This document shows, piece by piece, positions 9,359-19,733 of a DNA stretch of 64,000 bases. Positions within the stretch are counted from its first letter, which is position 1. Each line of letters opens with the position of its first letter. The notes under the pieces were generated by a model, which did not search any database, had not been told where the DNA came from, and saw only the letters and a program-made list of their open reading frames with translations. The position numbers and the translations under genes are program-made. Origin of the DNA: Candidatus Eiseniibacteriota bacterium (GTDB taxonomy: Bacteria > Eisenbacteria > RBG-16-71-46 > CAVPCR01); the NCBI GenBank assembly GCA_963823555.1, contig CAWGMA010000001.1:1824001-1888000 (forward strand), read 5' to 3'.

Positions 9359-11068
9359 ATGCGTCGGATCGTCGGCAGCCGTCAACCACTCGCTGTTCCC
9401 TTGCTGGCGGTGCTGCTTGAGCTGCTGGGAACCGGGCCCGGACTGCACCGCTCAGCCAGCGCCTCGCCGATCGAGAACACTCCATCGTGGAGCCTGTTGG
9501 GCCAGCAGGCTGCTCACTTCGGATTCTCCGTGGCCGGGGCCGGCGATGTCAACGGCGATGGGTTCGCCGACTTCCTCGTCGGAGCCGACCTCTACGACAA
9601 CGGGCAGTCCGATGAAGGCGGCGCCTGGCTCTACCACGGTGGCGAGGCCGGCGCCGACACCACGGCCGACTGGACCGGCGAGGGCAACAGCGCGAACGCG
9701 TATTTCGGCTACGCCGTCGCCGGGGCCGGGGATGTCAACGATGACGGCTTTGCCGACGTGCTGATCGGAATCCCCGGTCAGAACCGCGCGCGCGTGTACC
9801 TGGGCGGACCCGGCGGACTCTCGTCCTCACCCGCCTGGACCGCGAACGGTTCGGGCTCCTTCGGACTCGCCGTCGCCGGCGCGGGCGACATCAACGGGGA
9901 TGGCTTCGATGACGTGGTCATCGGCGCCCTCAATGACTCGAACGGTCAGGTCGGCGAGGGCCGAGCCTTCGTCTATCACGGGTCGGCCGCGGGGCTCGGC
10001 ACCGTCCCGGCGTGGACCGGCGAGGGGGAACAGGCGGGAGCCCGTTTCGGCTTCTCCGTGGGCTCCGCCGGAGATGTCAACGGCGACGGATTCGCCGACG
10101 TCGTGATCGGCGCTGCCGAGTACACCCATGGCGAGGTCGACGAGGGGCGCGCTTTCGTCTTCCACGGGTCGCCGACGGGGCTCGGTCCGATCGCGGCATG
10201 GACCGCCGAGAGCGACCAGCCCGATACCTACTTCGGCTTCTCCGTGGGCTCCGCCGGCGATGTGAACGGAGACGGCTTTGGCGATGTGATCGTGGGCGCC
10301 ACTTGGTTCGATGCCGGCACCGCCCCCGATGACGGCCAGGCCTACGTCTACCTGGGATCCGCCACCGGTCTTGCACTCGCCCCCGCCTGGACGATCTCCG
10401 GCCGCCATGAAGAGCTCGGCTTCTCGGTAGGCACCGCGGGCGACGTCAACGGCGACGGCTACGCCGACGTCATCGTTGGCTCTCCGCATCACGAGGATCC
10501 TGACTACGCGGAGGGCGCCGCGTTCGTCTTCCTCGGATCCGCCTCCGGGCTCTCACCGGCCGCCGACTGGTCGGCTCAAGGCAACATGCCCGAACCGCAC
10601 TTCGGGCAAGCGGTGGCCGGAGCCGGGGACGTGAACGGCGACGGCGCGGACGACGTCGTGATCGGTGCGCCCTTCTCGCACTGCCCATTGCCACCACCAT
10701 GGCCGCCCTGCGGGCCCGTTCCCGGTTACGCCGTCGTGCACCAGGGCATCCGCGCCGCGGCCGCAGCTCCTGGCGAATCCCCGCCTGCTGCGTTGCTCCA
10801 GCTCGCCGTTGAACCCAACCCGACGGCCGGCCCCACATCCATCCGCTATACAATGGCCACGCCTGGCGTCGTCGAACTCCGGGCCTACGACTCCCAGGGA
10901 CGAGCGGTGGCGACCTTGATCCGGAACCCCGTGGGGGCGGGGAACCATGATCTGCTCTGGAGCGGAAGCAACGATCACGGGCGCCCGCTTGCCTCGGGCA
11001 CCTATTTTCTGCGGATCACGGTCGAGGGCAGGGACACCCTCGCAAGGAAGATCGTTATCGTCCACTGA
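9359..11068 (+). CDS. Secreted FG-GAP (integrin-alpha-like beta-propeller) protein with FlgD-Ig/T9SS-like C-terminal domain
   Basis: Seven FG.SVA.AGDVNGDGFAD..IGA-type repeats; C-terminal PNP...YDSQGR...SGTY...KIVIVH. Confidence 0.9.
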   Translation: MRRIVGSRQPLAVPLLAVLLELLGTGPGLHRSASASPIENTPSWSLLGQQAAHFGFSVAGAGDVNGDGFADFLVGADLYDNGQSDEGGAWLYHGGEAGADTTADWTGEGNSANAYFGYAVAGAGDVNDDGFADVLIGIPGQNRARVYLGGPGGLSSSPAWTANGSGSFGLAVAGAGDINGDGFDDVVIGALNDSNGQVGEGRAFVYHGSAAGLGTVPAWTGEGEQAGARFGFSVGSAGDVNGDGFADVVIGAAEYTHGEVDEGRAFVFHGSPTGLGPIAAWTAESDQPDTYFGFSVGSAGDVNGDGFGDVIVGATWFDAGTAPDDGQAYVYLGSATGLALAPAWTISGRHEELGFSVGTAGDVNGDGYADVIVGSPHHEDPDYAEGAAFVFLGSASGLSPAADWSAQGNMPEPHFGQAVAGAGDVNGDGADDVVIGAPFSHCPLPPPWPPCGPVPGYAVVHQGIRAAAAAPGESPPAALLQLAVEPNPTAGPTSIRYTMATPGVVELRAYDSQGRAVATLIRNPVGAGNHDLLWSGSNDHGRPLASGTYFLRITVEGRDTLARKIVIVH

Positions 11069-11077
11069 GGAGGAGCC

Positions 11078-12607
11078 TCAGCGCTGCTCCACCTTGCGCC
11101 GGGCCCAGCTCCCGAAGTTCAGGCGGTGCTTGCGTTCGATGGCCCGGCGGTAGGCCTCTACGTACTGCCGCGCCGCGTGCTCCCAGGAGTGGTCGGCAGC
11201 CATGGCGTTGGCCACGATCCGGCGACGCAGGCTCGGATCTGCGAGCACGACGAGCGCGCGATCCACGGCGGCGAGGAGCTCGTCGGCGGAGTAGCCGGCG
11301 AAGACGAACCCGTTCCCTTGCCCCGTGGCGGCGGCGAACTCCTGAACCGTATCGGCAAGGCCGCCGGTGGCCCGCACGACCGGGATCGTGCCGTAGCGCA
11401 AGCTGTACATCTGATTGAGCCCGCACGGCTCGTAGCGCGACGGCATCAAGAACAGATCCGCTCCCGCCTCGATGTGATGGGCCAGCGGCTCGTCGAAGGC
11501 GATGCGCACTGCGACGCGCTCGGGGTCGAGCCGCGCGAGTTCCCGGAAGCGATCCTCGTATTTCCTCTGGCCGGTACCGAGAACGATCAGGGTCACGTCC
11601 CGCGCCATGAGCCCGGGAACGGCCCCGGCGACGAGATCCATGCCCTTCTGATCGACCAGGCGAGATACGACGGCGGCGAGCGGCCGCCCCTCGCGCGCCC
11701 GGGGCAGCCCGAGCCGATCGAGGAGAGCCCGCTTGTTCTCCGCCTTGGGAGCCGGCTCCGCAGCGGAATACGGGAACGGGATCGCCGGATCCCGGCTCGG
11801 ATCCCACGTCGCGACATCGATCCCGTTGAGGATACCGATCAGGTCCTTCTGCCGCTGGCGCAACACACCCTCGAGCCCGAAGCCGAACTCCTCGGTCCAC
11901 TGGATCTCCTGCGCATAGCGCTCGGAGACGGTGGTCACGAGATCCGCGAACATGATCCCGGTCTTCATGAAGTTGACCTTCCCCCAGAACTCGAAAGGAC
12001 TCAGGGGGAAGAAGGAATCGAGCGGTAGCCCCGCGAGCCCGAGCACATCGGGAGGAAAGATCCCCTGGTACCCCAGGTTGTGAATGGCAAAGACGCTCGC
12101 CAGGTTCTTGAGCTGGGAATCCTCGGAGTAGATCGTCTTCAAGAATGCGGGAGCCAGACCGGCCTGGTGATCGTTGGCATGAAGCACATCGCACGACAAG
12201 CGCAACGCGCGCATGGTCTCGATCGCGCCGCGAGCGTAGAAGATGAAGCGGAGGGCGTTGTCCGCGTAGGCCTCGCCGGTGGCCGGATCGGTATAGATCC
12301 CATCGCGATCGTAGAGCTCAGGGCGATCGATGAGATAGATCTCCACCCCGGTGCCCGGCATCCGCCCCTGCCACACCCGACCGGTCATCACCTGGCCGGC
12401 GGTCGGCACCTTGAGCTCGTGCACCACCGTGAACTCGCGCACCAGACTCGGATCGATGGCTCGGTAGCGCGGCAGGAAGACCATGACCCGGTGGCCCAGC
12501 CCGGTGAGCGCCCCGGACAGGTCGCGGACCACATCGCCCAGCCCGCCCACCTTGGCGAAGGGGGCCAGCTCAGCGCTGAGCATCGAGATGGTGAGTGCGT
12601 CCTTCAT
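11078..12607 (-). CDS. glgA: Glycogen synthase (GT5)
   Basis: KVGGLGDV, HANDHQ, IHNLGYQG, SRLVDQKG, PSRYEPCGLNQ. Confidence 0.95.
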   Translation of the reverse strand: MKDALTISMLSAELAPFAKVGGLGDVVRDLSGALTGLGHRVMVFLPRYRAIDPSLVREFTVVHELKVPTAGQVMTGRVWQGRMPGTGVEIYLIDRPELYDRDGIYTDPATGEAYADNALRFIFYARGAIETMRALRLSCDVLHANDHQAGLAPAFLKTIYSEDSQLKNLASVFAIHNLGYQGIFPPDVLGLAGLPLDSFFPLSPFEFWGKVNFMKTGIMFADLVTTVSERYAQEIQWTEEFGFGLEGVLRQRQKDLIGILNGIDVATWDPSRDPAIPFPYSAAEPAPKAENKRALLDRLGLPRAREGRPLAAVVSRLVDQKGMDLVAGAVPGLMARDVTLIVLGTGQRKYEDRFRELARLDPERVAVRIAFDEPLAHHIEAGADLFLMPSRYEPCGLNQMYSLRYGTIPVVRATGGLADTVQEFAAATGQGNGFVFAGYSADELLAAVDRALVVLADPSLRRRIVANAMAADHSWEHAARQYVEAYRRAIERKHRLNFGSWARRKVEQR

Positions 12608-13616
12608 TCTCGGTTTCCTGGGCCTCGATCTCGCGCAGGTACTCGGCGGCTTCCTCCGGCGGGGTCGGATTGATATGGAAGCCCGTCCCCCACTCGAACC
12701 CGGCCACCTTGGTCAACTTCGGCATGATCTCGAAGTGCCAGTGGAAGTGATCGAGGTGCGACTGATTGGTCGGACTGGTGTGCAGGATGAAGTTGTAGGG
12801 CGGATGGTTCAGAGCTCGACCGATGCGATTGAGCGTGAGCTTGAGGATGGATGAAAGCTGTCCCAGGTGCCCGGGATCGGATTCCTCGAAATGCGAGGCG
12901 TGGCGTTTGGGCAGGAGCCATGTCTCGAAGGCGAAGCGCGAGGCGAAGGGCGCAAAGGCCACGAACTCGTCGTTTTCCGCCACGATCCGCCGGCCGTCGC
13001 CGCGTTCCTGGGCGATCATGTCGCAGAAGATGCAGCGTTCCTTGAGCTGGTAGTGCCCCAGAGAACCGTCGATCTCTTCCTGCACCCGCTTCGGCACGAT
13101 CGGGGTCGCGATGATCTGGGTGTGCCCGTGCTCCAGGGTGGCGCCGGCCGCCTCGCCGAGGTTCTTGAACAGCATCAGATAGCGGAAGCGGCGGTCCCGC
13201 TTGAGATCGATCATCCGCTCGCGATAGGCGCGCAGCACCAGTTCGATGCTGGTGGCCGGCAGTTCCGACAGCTCCCGCTCGTGGTCCGGGGTCTCGATGA
13301 TGACCTCGTGCGCACCGATCCCGTTCATCTTGTCGTAGAGACCTTCAGCGCGACGGTCCATGTCGCCTTCGATCTGCAGCGCCGGGAACTTGTTGGGCAC
13401 CACGCGGACCGCCCAGCCCGGCCCGTCCGGACGCGCGCCGGCGTCGCGGAAGGCCAGGACCTCCGGCGGCGTCTTGTCCTCGTTGCCCGGACAGAACGGG
13501 CAGAAACTCGGACGGCGGAGGATGTTCCGATCCGTGAAGTCGGTCGGCCGCTTGCCGCGCTCGGTCGAGATGATGACCCACCGCCCGATGATCGGGTCCT
13601 TGCGTAGCTCGGGCAT
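12570..13616 (-). CDS. galT: GalT-family nucleotidyltransferase
   Basis: MPELRKDP, CPFCPGNE, GAHEVIIE, FKN.G.AAGATLEHGHTQ, CIFCD, FHWH.EI.P. Confidence 0.88.
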   Translation of the reverse strand: MPELRKDPIIGRWVIISTERGKRPTDFTDRNILRRPSFCPFCPGNEDKTPPEVLAFRDAGARPDGPGWAVRVVPNKFPALQIEGDMDRRAEGLYDKMNGIGAHEVIIETPDHERELSELPATSIELVLRAYRERMIDLKRDRRFRYLMLFKNLGEAAGATLEHGHTQIIATPIVPKRVQEEIDGSLGHYQLKERCIFCDMIAQERGDGRRIVAENDEFVAFAPFASRFAFETWLLPKRHASHFEESDPGHLGQLSSILKLTLNRIGRALNHPPYNFILHTSPTNQSHLDHFHWHFEIMPKLTKVAGFEWGTGFHINPTPPEEAAEYLREIEAQETENEGRTHHLDAQR

Positions 13617-13703
13617 GTCGTGCCTTCCCCGGGAGCGTCGAGGGCTCTGAGCAGGCCGCCTCGACGGGTGCGCGCGCCGAAGAGCGCGCCAGGTTGCTCG
13701 GAC

Positions 13704-14258
13704 TCAGCGCACTTGCACAGAAGACTCGACGACCCAGGGTCCGTCGTAGCCCTGGGTGATGGCCCTGTCCTTGAGCGCGTCGGCCTCGGTCCGCGTGATG
13801 CAATCCCCCACCCGGACCTTGTAGAGCGGCGACTCGTACTCGATGTAGACCGGCTCGCCGAAACGCGAGCGGGCCGCCGCCGCCACCTCACGCGCTCGCG
13901 CCTCCTCCGAGCTGGCGAAGATCTGCACCCGGTACCCGGGTGTGGTGCCGGTGCTGAGCGACCCGCTCGCGGGAGTCGCCCCGGCCGGAGCCGGCGTGGT
14001 CCACCCCTCGCCGGCATCGACGGCGCCCGCCGCCGGGGGCGGGTCGGGTGGGGGTGGCGCCGGGGCCTGACTGAGATCAGCCGCGGTGGCCCCGCTCGGG
14101 GGCGGTGGCGCGGGCGACTCCGGGGAAACCGGAGCCGGGCTCGGCGCGGTGACCGGCGGCGCCTCGGCGGCAGCCGGCGCGGGGGGCGGCGAGCTCGCGC
14201 ACGCGGGAAGGAAGAGGACCAGGAAGAGGAGACCCGCCCACTTCAGGCGAGGGATCAT
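13704..14258 (-). CDS. SPOR-domain lipoprotein with Pro/Ala linker
   Basis: GGAGGT RBS; lipobox LPAC; GYRVQIFA...YKVRVGD SPOR signature. Confidence 0.85.
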   Translation of the reverse strand: MIPRLKWAGLLFLVLFLPACASSPPPAPAAAEAPPVTAPSPAPVSPESPAPPPPSGATAADLSQAPAPPPPDPPPAAGAVDAGEGWTTPAPAGATPASGSLSTGTTPGYRVQIFASSEEARAREVAAAARSRFGEPVYIEYESPLYKVRVGDCITRTEADALKDRAITQGYDGPWVVESSVQVR

Positions 14259-14435
14259 GAACCACCTCCGGCGGATCCTCATCCTGGATCCGCAAGCACG
14301 GCGGGCGACGGACGCAACACCCGGCCTCCGACATCCGGCCGCGATCGAACACGGAGGCCGCGAGGGCTTATAGCACAGGGAGATGATGCCGGCAACCGGG
14401 CGCGCGCCGTGGAGCGCGGTGGGACGCCGATCGCG

Positions 14436-15578
14436 CTAGACGGGCAACAGCTCGACACCGTCGTGACCCGGCGTGCGCTGGTCCACCACGCGGTCGTACA
14501 CCTTCTCCAGCGAGTCGACGACGCGATCCCAGGAGTAATTGCGGAACACGAGATCCCGGCTCTGGGCCTCGTAGCGGCGCACCAGATCGGGATTCCGGAT
14601 CAAGAGCTCGAGCTTGGCCTTGAGGTCGGCGACATCACGGCTCTTGAACGAAGGTGCCGCGTCGCCCACCACTTCCATGTTCTCGGGGATATCCGAGGTC
14701 AAGACGCAGCGACCGTAGGACAGGCCTTCGAGCAGCGAGATCGACAGCCCCTCGAGGGTGGAAGGTTGCACGATGAAATAGGCATTCGACCACAATTCCT
14801 CGAGCACGTCGCCGTAGACATAGCCCACGAAGTGAATGCGATCGGACTGGTAGCGCTCGAGGTCCTTGACATACTGGTCGGAGAAGCTCGTCCCGCCAGC
14901 AATCACGAGCCGTACGCGCGGATCGACATCGAGCTGACTGAACGCCTCGACGAGGTAGTGAACGCCCTTCTCGGGAACCAGCCGCCCGACGAAGAGAACG
15001 TAGGGATCGCCGGCGAACCCGAAGCTCTGCATCTTTCGTGGGGGCCTGAGCACCGGCACATTGGTGCCGTTGGGGATCACATCGGTATTGATGTGGTACT
15101 TCTCGGTGAAGTAGTGCTGCAAAGTGCGGGAGACGACAATGGTCGAGTGCGGGAAATGCACCGCCGGATACTCGCAGTGCTTGAGGATCCACGCGGCGAA
15201 CAGGCCCCATTTCTCCCGCTCCCAGTCCAGTCCATGAATGGTGACCACGGAACGGCTCCCGCGCAGGCGGGGCATGGCAGCGAACACCGAGGGCCCGAGC
15301 GCGTGAAAATGCACCAGATCGTACTTGTGCCACAGGTAGTCGGCGGCACAGAACAGGCAGTGGCTCGCCGTGTCGAAATGCTTGGTGTTGACCGACGGGT
15401 ACCGCACGAGACGGATGCCGCGGTAGTAGCTCTCCTCGTTGTGCGTGTAATGCCAGCGGCAGTAGACGGTGACGTCATGCCCCTTGGCAGCGAGGCGAGC
15501 GGCGATCTCCTCGACGTGACGCTCGACGCCGCCATAGGTCGCCGGGATCCCCTTCTGTCCGACCATGGCGATCTTCAT
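14436..15578 (-). CDS. Glycosyltransferase family 4
   Basis: KGIPATYGGVE, FVGRLVPEKG, PSTLEGLSISLLE. Confidence 0.92.
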   Translation of the reverse strand: MKIAMVGQKGIPATYGGVERHVEEIAARLAAKGHDVTVYCRWHYTHNEESYYRGIRLVRYPSVNTKHFDTASHCLFCAADYLWHKYDLVHFHALGPSVFAAMPRLRGSRSVVTIHGLDWEREKWGLFAAWILKHCEYPAVHFPHSTIVVSRTLQHYFTEKYHINTDVIPNGTNVPVLRPPRKMQSFGFAGDPYVLFVGRLVPEKGVHYLVEAFSQLDVDPRVRLVIAGGTSFSDQYVKDLERYQSDRIHFVGYVYGDVLEELWSNAYFIVQPSTLEGLSISLLEGLSYGRCVLTSDIPENMEVVGDAAPSFKSRDVADLKAKLELLIRNPDLVRRYEAQSRDLVFRNYSWDRVVDSLEKVYDRVVDQRTPGHDGVELLPV

Positions 15579-16690
15579 CGCGCGCCCCCCTCCCCCACCG
15601 TAGCGCCGGCACCCTTGAGGCGCGTATAGCGCTCCTTGCCGCGATCATCGAGGTAGATGGGAATGGCACCCTGGCCCGTTCCCGGCGACCGGGCCTCATC
15701 CGGCATCATGGGCGCCGGGGATGGAGCGCCGAAGAGCTTGGCGCGGAGCAACCACAGGAGGGGGGTCCACGGTCGCTGGCGCAAGCCTGGGGTCACCGTG
15801 CAACTCATCCAGCAGTCATGGCAGCGCCGCACATCGGCGAGCAACGCCTCGTTCCGCGCCACGATCTCCTCGTAGCTCTCGGTGAGCAGGTTCCCCATGT
15901 TGTCGCCGCGGGCGTTGCAGGGGAAGACGTCGCCGTGGGGGTCGAGGTAGAAGTGGCTCTCGATCGCGTAGCAGGGCATGCGCCGCTTGCGGCCCGCCAG
16001 TTGATCGATGAGCCCGTCGGTGAACCACGCGCGTACCCATTCCTTGGGCCGCCGGCTCTTGAGCTCCCGATCCCGGATCATGACCAGATCATGAGCGGCC
16101 TGCTCTCGGTCGGGGGTGCTCGTGACCTGGTCCCCGAAGTAGGTCGGCGACGAGTGGGCGACACCCACCACAAACTCGATGCCCAGGCGTCGGGCGAGTT
16201 CCTGAACTCGCGGCACCTCCCCCGGATTGTGCGCCGAGGCAGTGGCCGAGAGCCCGAGATCCGTGACGCCGATCGAGCGCAAGCGCTCGATCGTCTCCAG
16301 ACAGCGATCGTAATTGCCCGGTATGCCGCGAGCGAAGTCGTGAGCCTCCCCGATGCCGTCAACCGAGATGCGAACCGCGGCGTCGGGGATCTCCCGCATC
16401 AGCCGCTCGGTCCGATCGGGCAGGATGCCGTTCGTCGAGATGACGATGCGGGGATGGACCGTCACCTCCCGCATGACACGGACGATCGCCGGAAGATCGT
16501 CGCGCAGGAAAGGCTCCCCGCCCGAGACATTGATGTTCTTGAGACTCCGCGGCAGCCGGCGGTAGTCCTCGGGCTTGAGCTCGTTCTCGGGATGGATCAT
16601 CCAGATGTCGCAGGTCTTGCACCGCGAGTTGCAGCCCATGGTCACGGCGATCACCGCCGAGCGGGGATGATGCGGCAGGCGGTGACTCAT
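15575..16690 (-). CDS. Radical SAM/SPASM protein inside the polysaccharide operon
   Basis: CNSRCKTC, SGGEPF, STNG, C...GDVFPC...CHDCWMSC. Confidence 0.88.
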   Translation of the reverse strand: MSHRLPHHPRSAVIAVTMGCNSRCKTCDIWMIHPENELKPEDYRRLPRSLKNINVSGGEPFLRDDLPAIVRVMREVTVHPRIVISTNGILPDRTERLMREIPDAAVRISVDGIGEAHDFARGIPGNYDRCLETIERLRSIGVTDLGLSATASAHNPGEVPRVQELARRLGIEFVVGVAHSSPTYFGDQVTSTPDREQAAHDLVMIRDRELKSRRPKEWVRAWFTDGLIDQLAGRKRRMPCYAIESHFYLDPHGDVFPCNARGDNMGNLLTESYEEIVARNEALLADVRRCHDCWMSCTVTPGLRQRPWTPLLWLLRAKLFGAPSPAPMMPDEARSPGTGQGAIPIYLDDRGKERYTRLKGAGATVGEGGAR

Positions 16691-17928
16691 CGCGCCCCTC
16701 CCGAGACCGGGATCGCCAGCGCCCGGACCCGCGGCCGGAGCCCCGCCAGGCGGGCGTAGCTGCGCACGAGTGCGGCACGCGAGTGAGCCCAGGCCAGCGT
16801 CTCCTTGAGCCGGCGCTGGCCGAAACGGCCCATCTCCGCTCGTCGCGCCTCGTCGGCCAGGAGCTCCAGGATGCGATCGCCGAAGTCGGCGGGGTCGTTG
16901 GGCCGGGCATAGGCGGCGGCCCCCGCCGCCGAGTAGCGGGTTTCCTTGAGATCGAAGGCCACGATGGGACGCGCCAGAGCCATGTACTCGAGCACCTTGT
17001 TCATCGTGGACCGATCGTTGAGCGCATTCTGCGGGTCAGGGCTCACGCAAACATCGGCGCTGCAGATGATCCGGGCCACCTCCGCATCCGGGATGCGTCC
17101 CGTGAAGGTGACCAGTTCCTCGAGACCACGGGCCTTGACCAGAGCACGCAGGTCTTCGAAGCTATCACCGGACCCGATGAGGACATAGCTGACGTCGGTG
17201 CGACCGCGCCCCTTCACCGTATGCTCGATCGCGTCGACGAGGACATCCACGCCGTCCTGGGGCGCCATCACGCCCAGATAGGCCACGAGATAGGGCCGCC
17301 CGTTCTTGAGCGCCGGATCGGGCGTGGCGGCACGGAAGCGACGCATGTCGGGAGCGCTGCGGACCACGACGACGCGATCCGGCCGCACTCTCCCGCGCTG
17401 GATGGCCACCTCGCGATAGGATTCGTTGGTGACCAGCACCAGATCGGCGGTGGCATAGGTGAGTCGCTCGAGCGCAAGGAGCCCCCGGTAGAGGAGATTC
17501 GGCTGCCGCTTGAAGCGCGCCAGGTAGACCTCCGGACAGAGGTCATGCTGGTCGTAGACGAAGCGCTTGCCCAGGAGCTTGTAGAGCCAGCCGAGAAGAA
17601 AGAAGGTGTCCGGAGGATTGCAGGCCTGGACCACATCGAACCCTTCCCGCCGGAGCACCTTGACGGAGAGATACGCCGTCATCACCCAGCAGTACAGGAA
17701 CTCCCAGAAGTAGGACAGGTGGCCGCGGGTGGCCCGAGGCGCCGGGTAGCGATAGATCGCCACGCCCTCCAACCGCTCGTAGGGACGGGTGAATTCACCG
17801 CCCGTGGGGCAAATGACCGACACCTGGAAACCGGCCTCGGTCAAGGAGGTCGCTTCCATCCAGACGCGACGGTCGAAGGGGACCGTGAGGTTCTCGACGA
17901 TGATCAGAACACGGGTGCTGGAGGCCAC
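16687..17928 (-). CDS. Glycosyltransferase family 4 (WbuB-like)
   Basis: IVENLTVPFDRRVW, ACNPPD, STMNKVLEYMA. Confidence 0.88.
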   Translation of the reverse strand: MASSTRVLIIVENLTVPFDRRVWMEATSLTEAGFQVSVICPTGGEFTRPYERLEGVAIYRYPAPRATRGHLSYFWEFLYCWVMTAYLSVKVLRREGFDVVQACNPPDTFFLLGWLYKLLGKRFVYDQHDLCPEVYLARFKRQPNLLYRGLLALERLTYATADLVLVTNESYREVAIQRGRVRPDRVVVVRSAPDMRRFRAATPDPALKNGRPYLVAYLGVMAPQDGVDVLVDAIEHTVKGRGRTDVSYVLIGSGDSFEDLRALVKARGLEELVTFTGRIPDAEVARIICSADVCVSPDPQNALNDRSTMNKVLEYMALARPIVAFDLKETRYSAAGAAAYARPNDPADFGDRILELLADEARRAEMGRFGQRRLKETLAWAHSRAALVRSYARLAGLRPRVRALAIPVSGGAR

Positions 17929-18095
17929 GCGCTAGGCTCCACGGTGACCCAGGGCCTGGTGGGCTGATGGCCCTGAGATGGGCGGTACCGCCGGGGGGCG
18001 GTCGATCATGCAAAGCGGAATGCTAGCAAACATCGGGCCGCCTGTCCAGGCGGCGCACCCGGCGAGATTCACTTCCGGAACGGCGAGCGCGGCCA

Positions 18096-19727
18096 TCACG
18101 GCGCCGCCCCGTCACCGGTCGGCGCAACCGAGGACTCGATCCCCATGCGCGAACCAGCCGGGTCATCGTAGCGCTCGAGCTCGATCCCGGGAAACGTGAC
18201 GCGGTCGCCCCGCGTGCGCGTCTCGGCCAGGATCTCACCGACATGATTCTCGGGGTCGGCGAGATACGGGCGGGCACGCAGCAGCCAGACGCGATGGTGC
18301 TCGCCGGTTGCCTTCTCGATCCGCCGGCGAAGCTCGAGATCATCTCCGATCCGATGCGGGTGGACGAGCAAGTAGCTCTCCGGGCGGCTTTCCGCGTACA
18401 GAAACACCGGGGCTGGCGCACCGATGCCGATCAGAGCATCCTGAGCCAGGAGATGCTCGTCGAGATAGGCGCCGGCGCTGCGGTAGTCCTCCTTGGCATA
18501 GGCGGAATCCCGCCGCAGGTGCCACCACGAGATCAGCGAGACCATGACCAGGAGCGCTGCGAGCCAGCGGCTGAGGCTCGGTCTGCGGCCGAGGGCGAGT
18601 CCGGCTCCGAGCAGCACGAGAAACGCCGGGAAGGACACCGCGACGTAACGTGCATTCCAGACCTTGACGTTGGTGACGGCCATCCAGGCTGCGATCGAGA
18701 ACGGGATCAGGATCCACAGCAGGACGAACGTCGCCTCTGCCGGGCGACGCCTGACCAGGGCGAAGAGTCCCCATAGCGCACAGCCCCCGAACGCCACAGC
18801 CACTCCCAGGATCAGGGGCAGGTGTCGCCGCACCGGTCCGCTTCCCGGCAGATGAAGCTCGGCGGGCGTCGGCCCCAGACTGAAGCCGACGGCAAACGCA
18901 TAGAAGGTATATGGCACGGCGAGGGCCGGCATCGTGGTCTCCCCCCTGAGTGGGGGCTCCTCCTCGGCTCCGCGATCGACGACGCGACCCACATCGTGCC
19001 TCTCGCCGAAGATGCCGAGCCAGGGCGTCGCCACGAGGACCACCATGAGCCACGCCAGGACGAAGCCGAGCACACGCCGGCGACCAAGGGCGCGAGCGCG
19101 CCCCAGCACCACCACTCCATGCACAGGGAGGAGAAAGCCCGCCGTCAGACTCGCCCCGAGACCGAGCGCAATACTGGCCGCATACAGCGCAAACTGGAGC
19201 ACGCCACCCCGGTGTCGCACGAGATCGACAAGGAACAGCGTGGCGACAACAGCAGCGAGGATGACCAGGCTGTAGCCGCGAAGCTCCTGCGCATACCAGA
19301 TGTGGAAGGGAGAAACGGCGAGCAGCAACGTGGCCAGGATCGCAGGCCGGGCACCGGCAAGTCGCTCGGCGAGCGCGTAGAAGGGCGGGATGGTTGCCAC
19401 GGCGAAGATGACTGGCAGGACGCGGAGCGCCGCATCGCTCATGCCAACCAGCCGACTCCACGCATGGACGAGCAGCATGAACAGCGGTCCCTGCGTCACC
19501 AGGAGGAGGTCGGATAGATGCCAGGGCGGGATTTCCGGGGCGCGCGGCACACCAGCGACCGCAAGGGTGTGCATCTCGTCGGTCCACAAGGACTGATCGC
19601 CCAGCCCGATGACGCGGAGGACCAGCGCGACCACCGTCAATGTCAGCACGACCGGCCAGACATGGCCGCCGGCTTCGCCGACCGTGAGGGCTCGCTCGCT
19701 GCGCCCGATGTGAGCTTGGCGTTTCAT
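18096..19727 (-). CDS. Polytopic GT-C fold glycosyltransferase (GT39/PMT/ArnT-like)
   Basis: SLWTDE after TM1, SPFHIWYAQELRGY, many TM helices, C-terminal extracellular domain. Confidence 0.82.
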   Translation of the reverse strand: MKRQAHIGRSERALTVGEAGGHVWPVVLTLTVVALVLRVIGLGDQSLWTDEMHTLAVAGVPRAPEIPPWHLSDLLLVTQGPLFMLLVHAWSRLVGMSDAALRVLPVIFAVATIPPFYALAERLAGARPAILATLLLAVSPFHIWYAQELRGYSLVILAAVVATLFLVDLVRHRGGVLQFALYAASIALGLGASLTAGFLLPVHGVVVLGRARALGRRRVLGFVLAWLMVVLVATPWLGIFGERHDVGRVVDRGAEEEPPLRGETTMPALAVPYTFYAFAVGFSLGPTPAELHLPGSGPVRRHLPLILGVAVAFGGCALWGLFALVRRRPAEATFVLLWILIPFSIAAWMAVTNVKVWNARYVAVSFPAFLVLLGAGLALGRRPSLSRWLAALLVMVSLISWWHLRRDSAYAKEDYRSAGAYLDEHLLAQDALIGIGAPAPVFLYAESRPESYLLVHPHRIGDDLELRRRIEKATGEHHRVWLLRARPYLADPENHVGEILAETRTRGDRVTFPGIELERYDDPAGSRMGIESSVAPTGDGAAP

Positions 19728-19733
19728 CCCGAC

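Noticed and set aside
9510..10680. Regularly spaced DNA repeats (GGCGAYGTCAACGGCGA) as a CRISPR-like array
   Set aside because: Degenerate at third codon positions and in frame; they encode FG-GAP repeats
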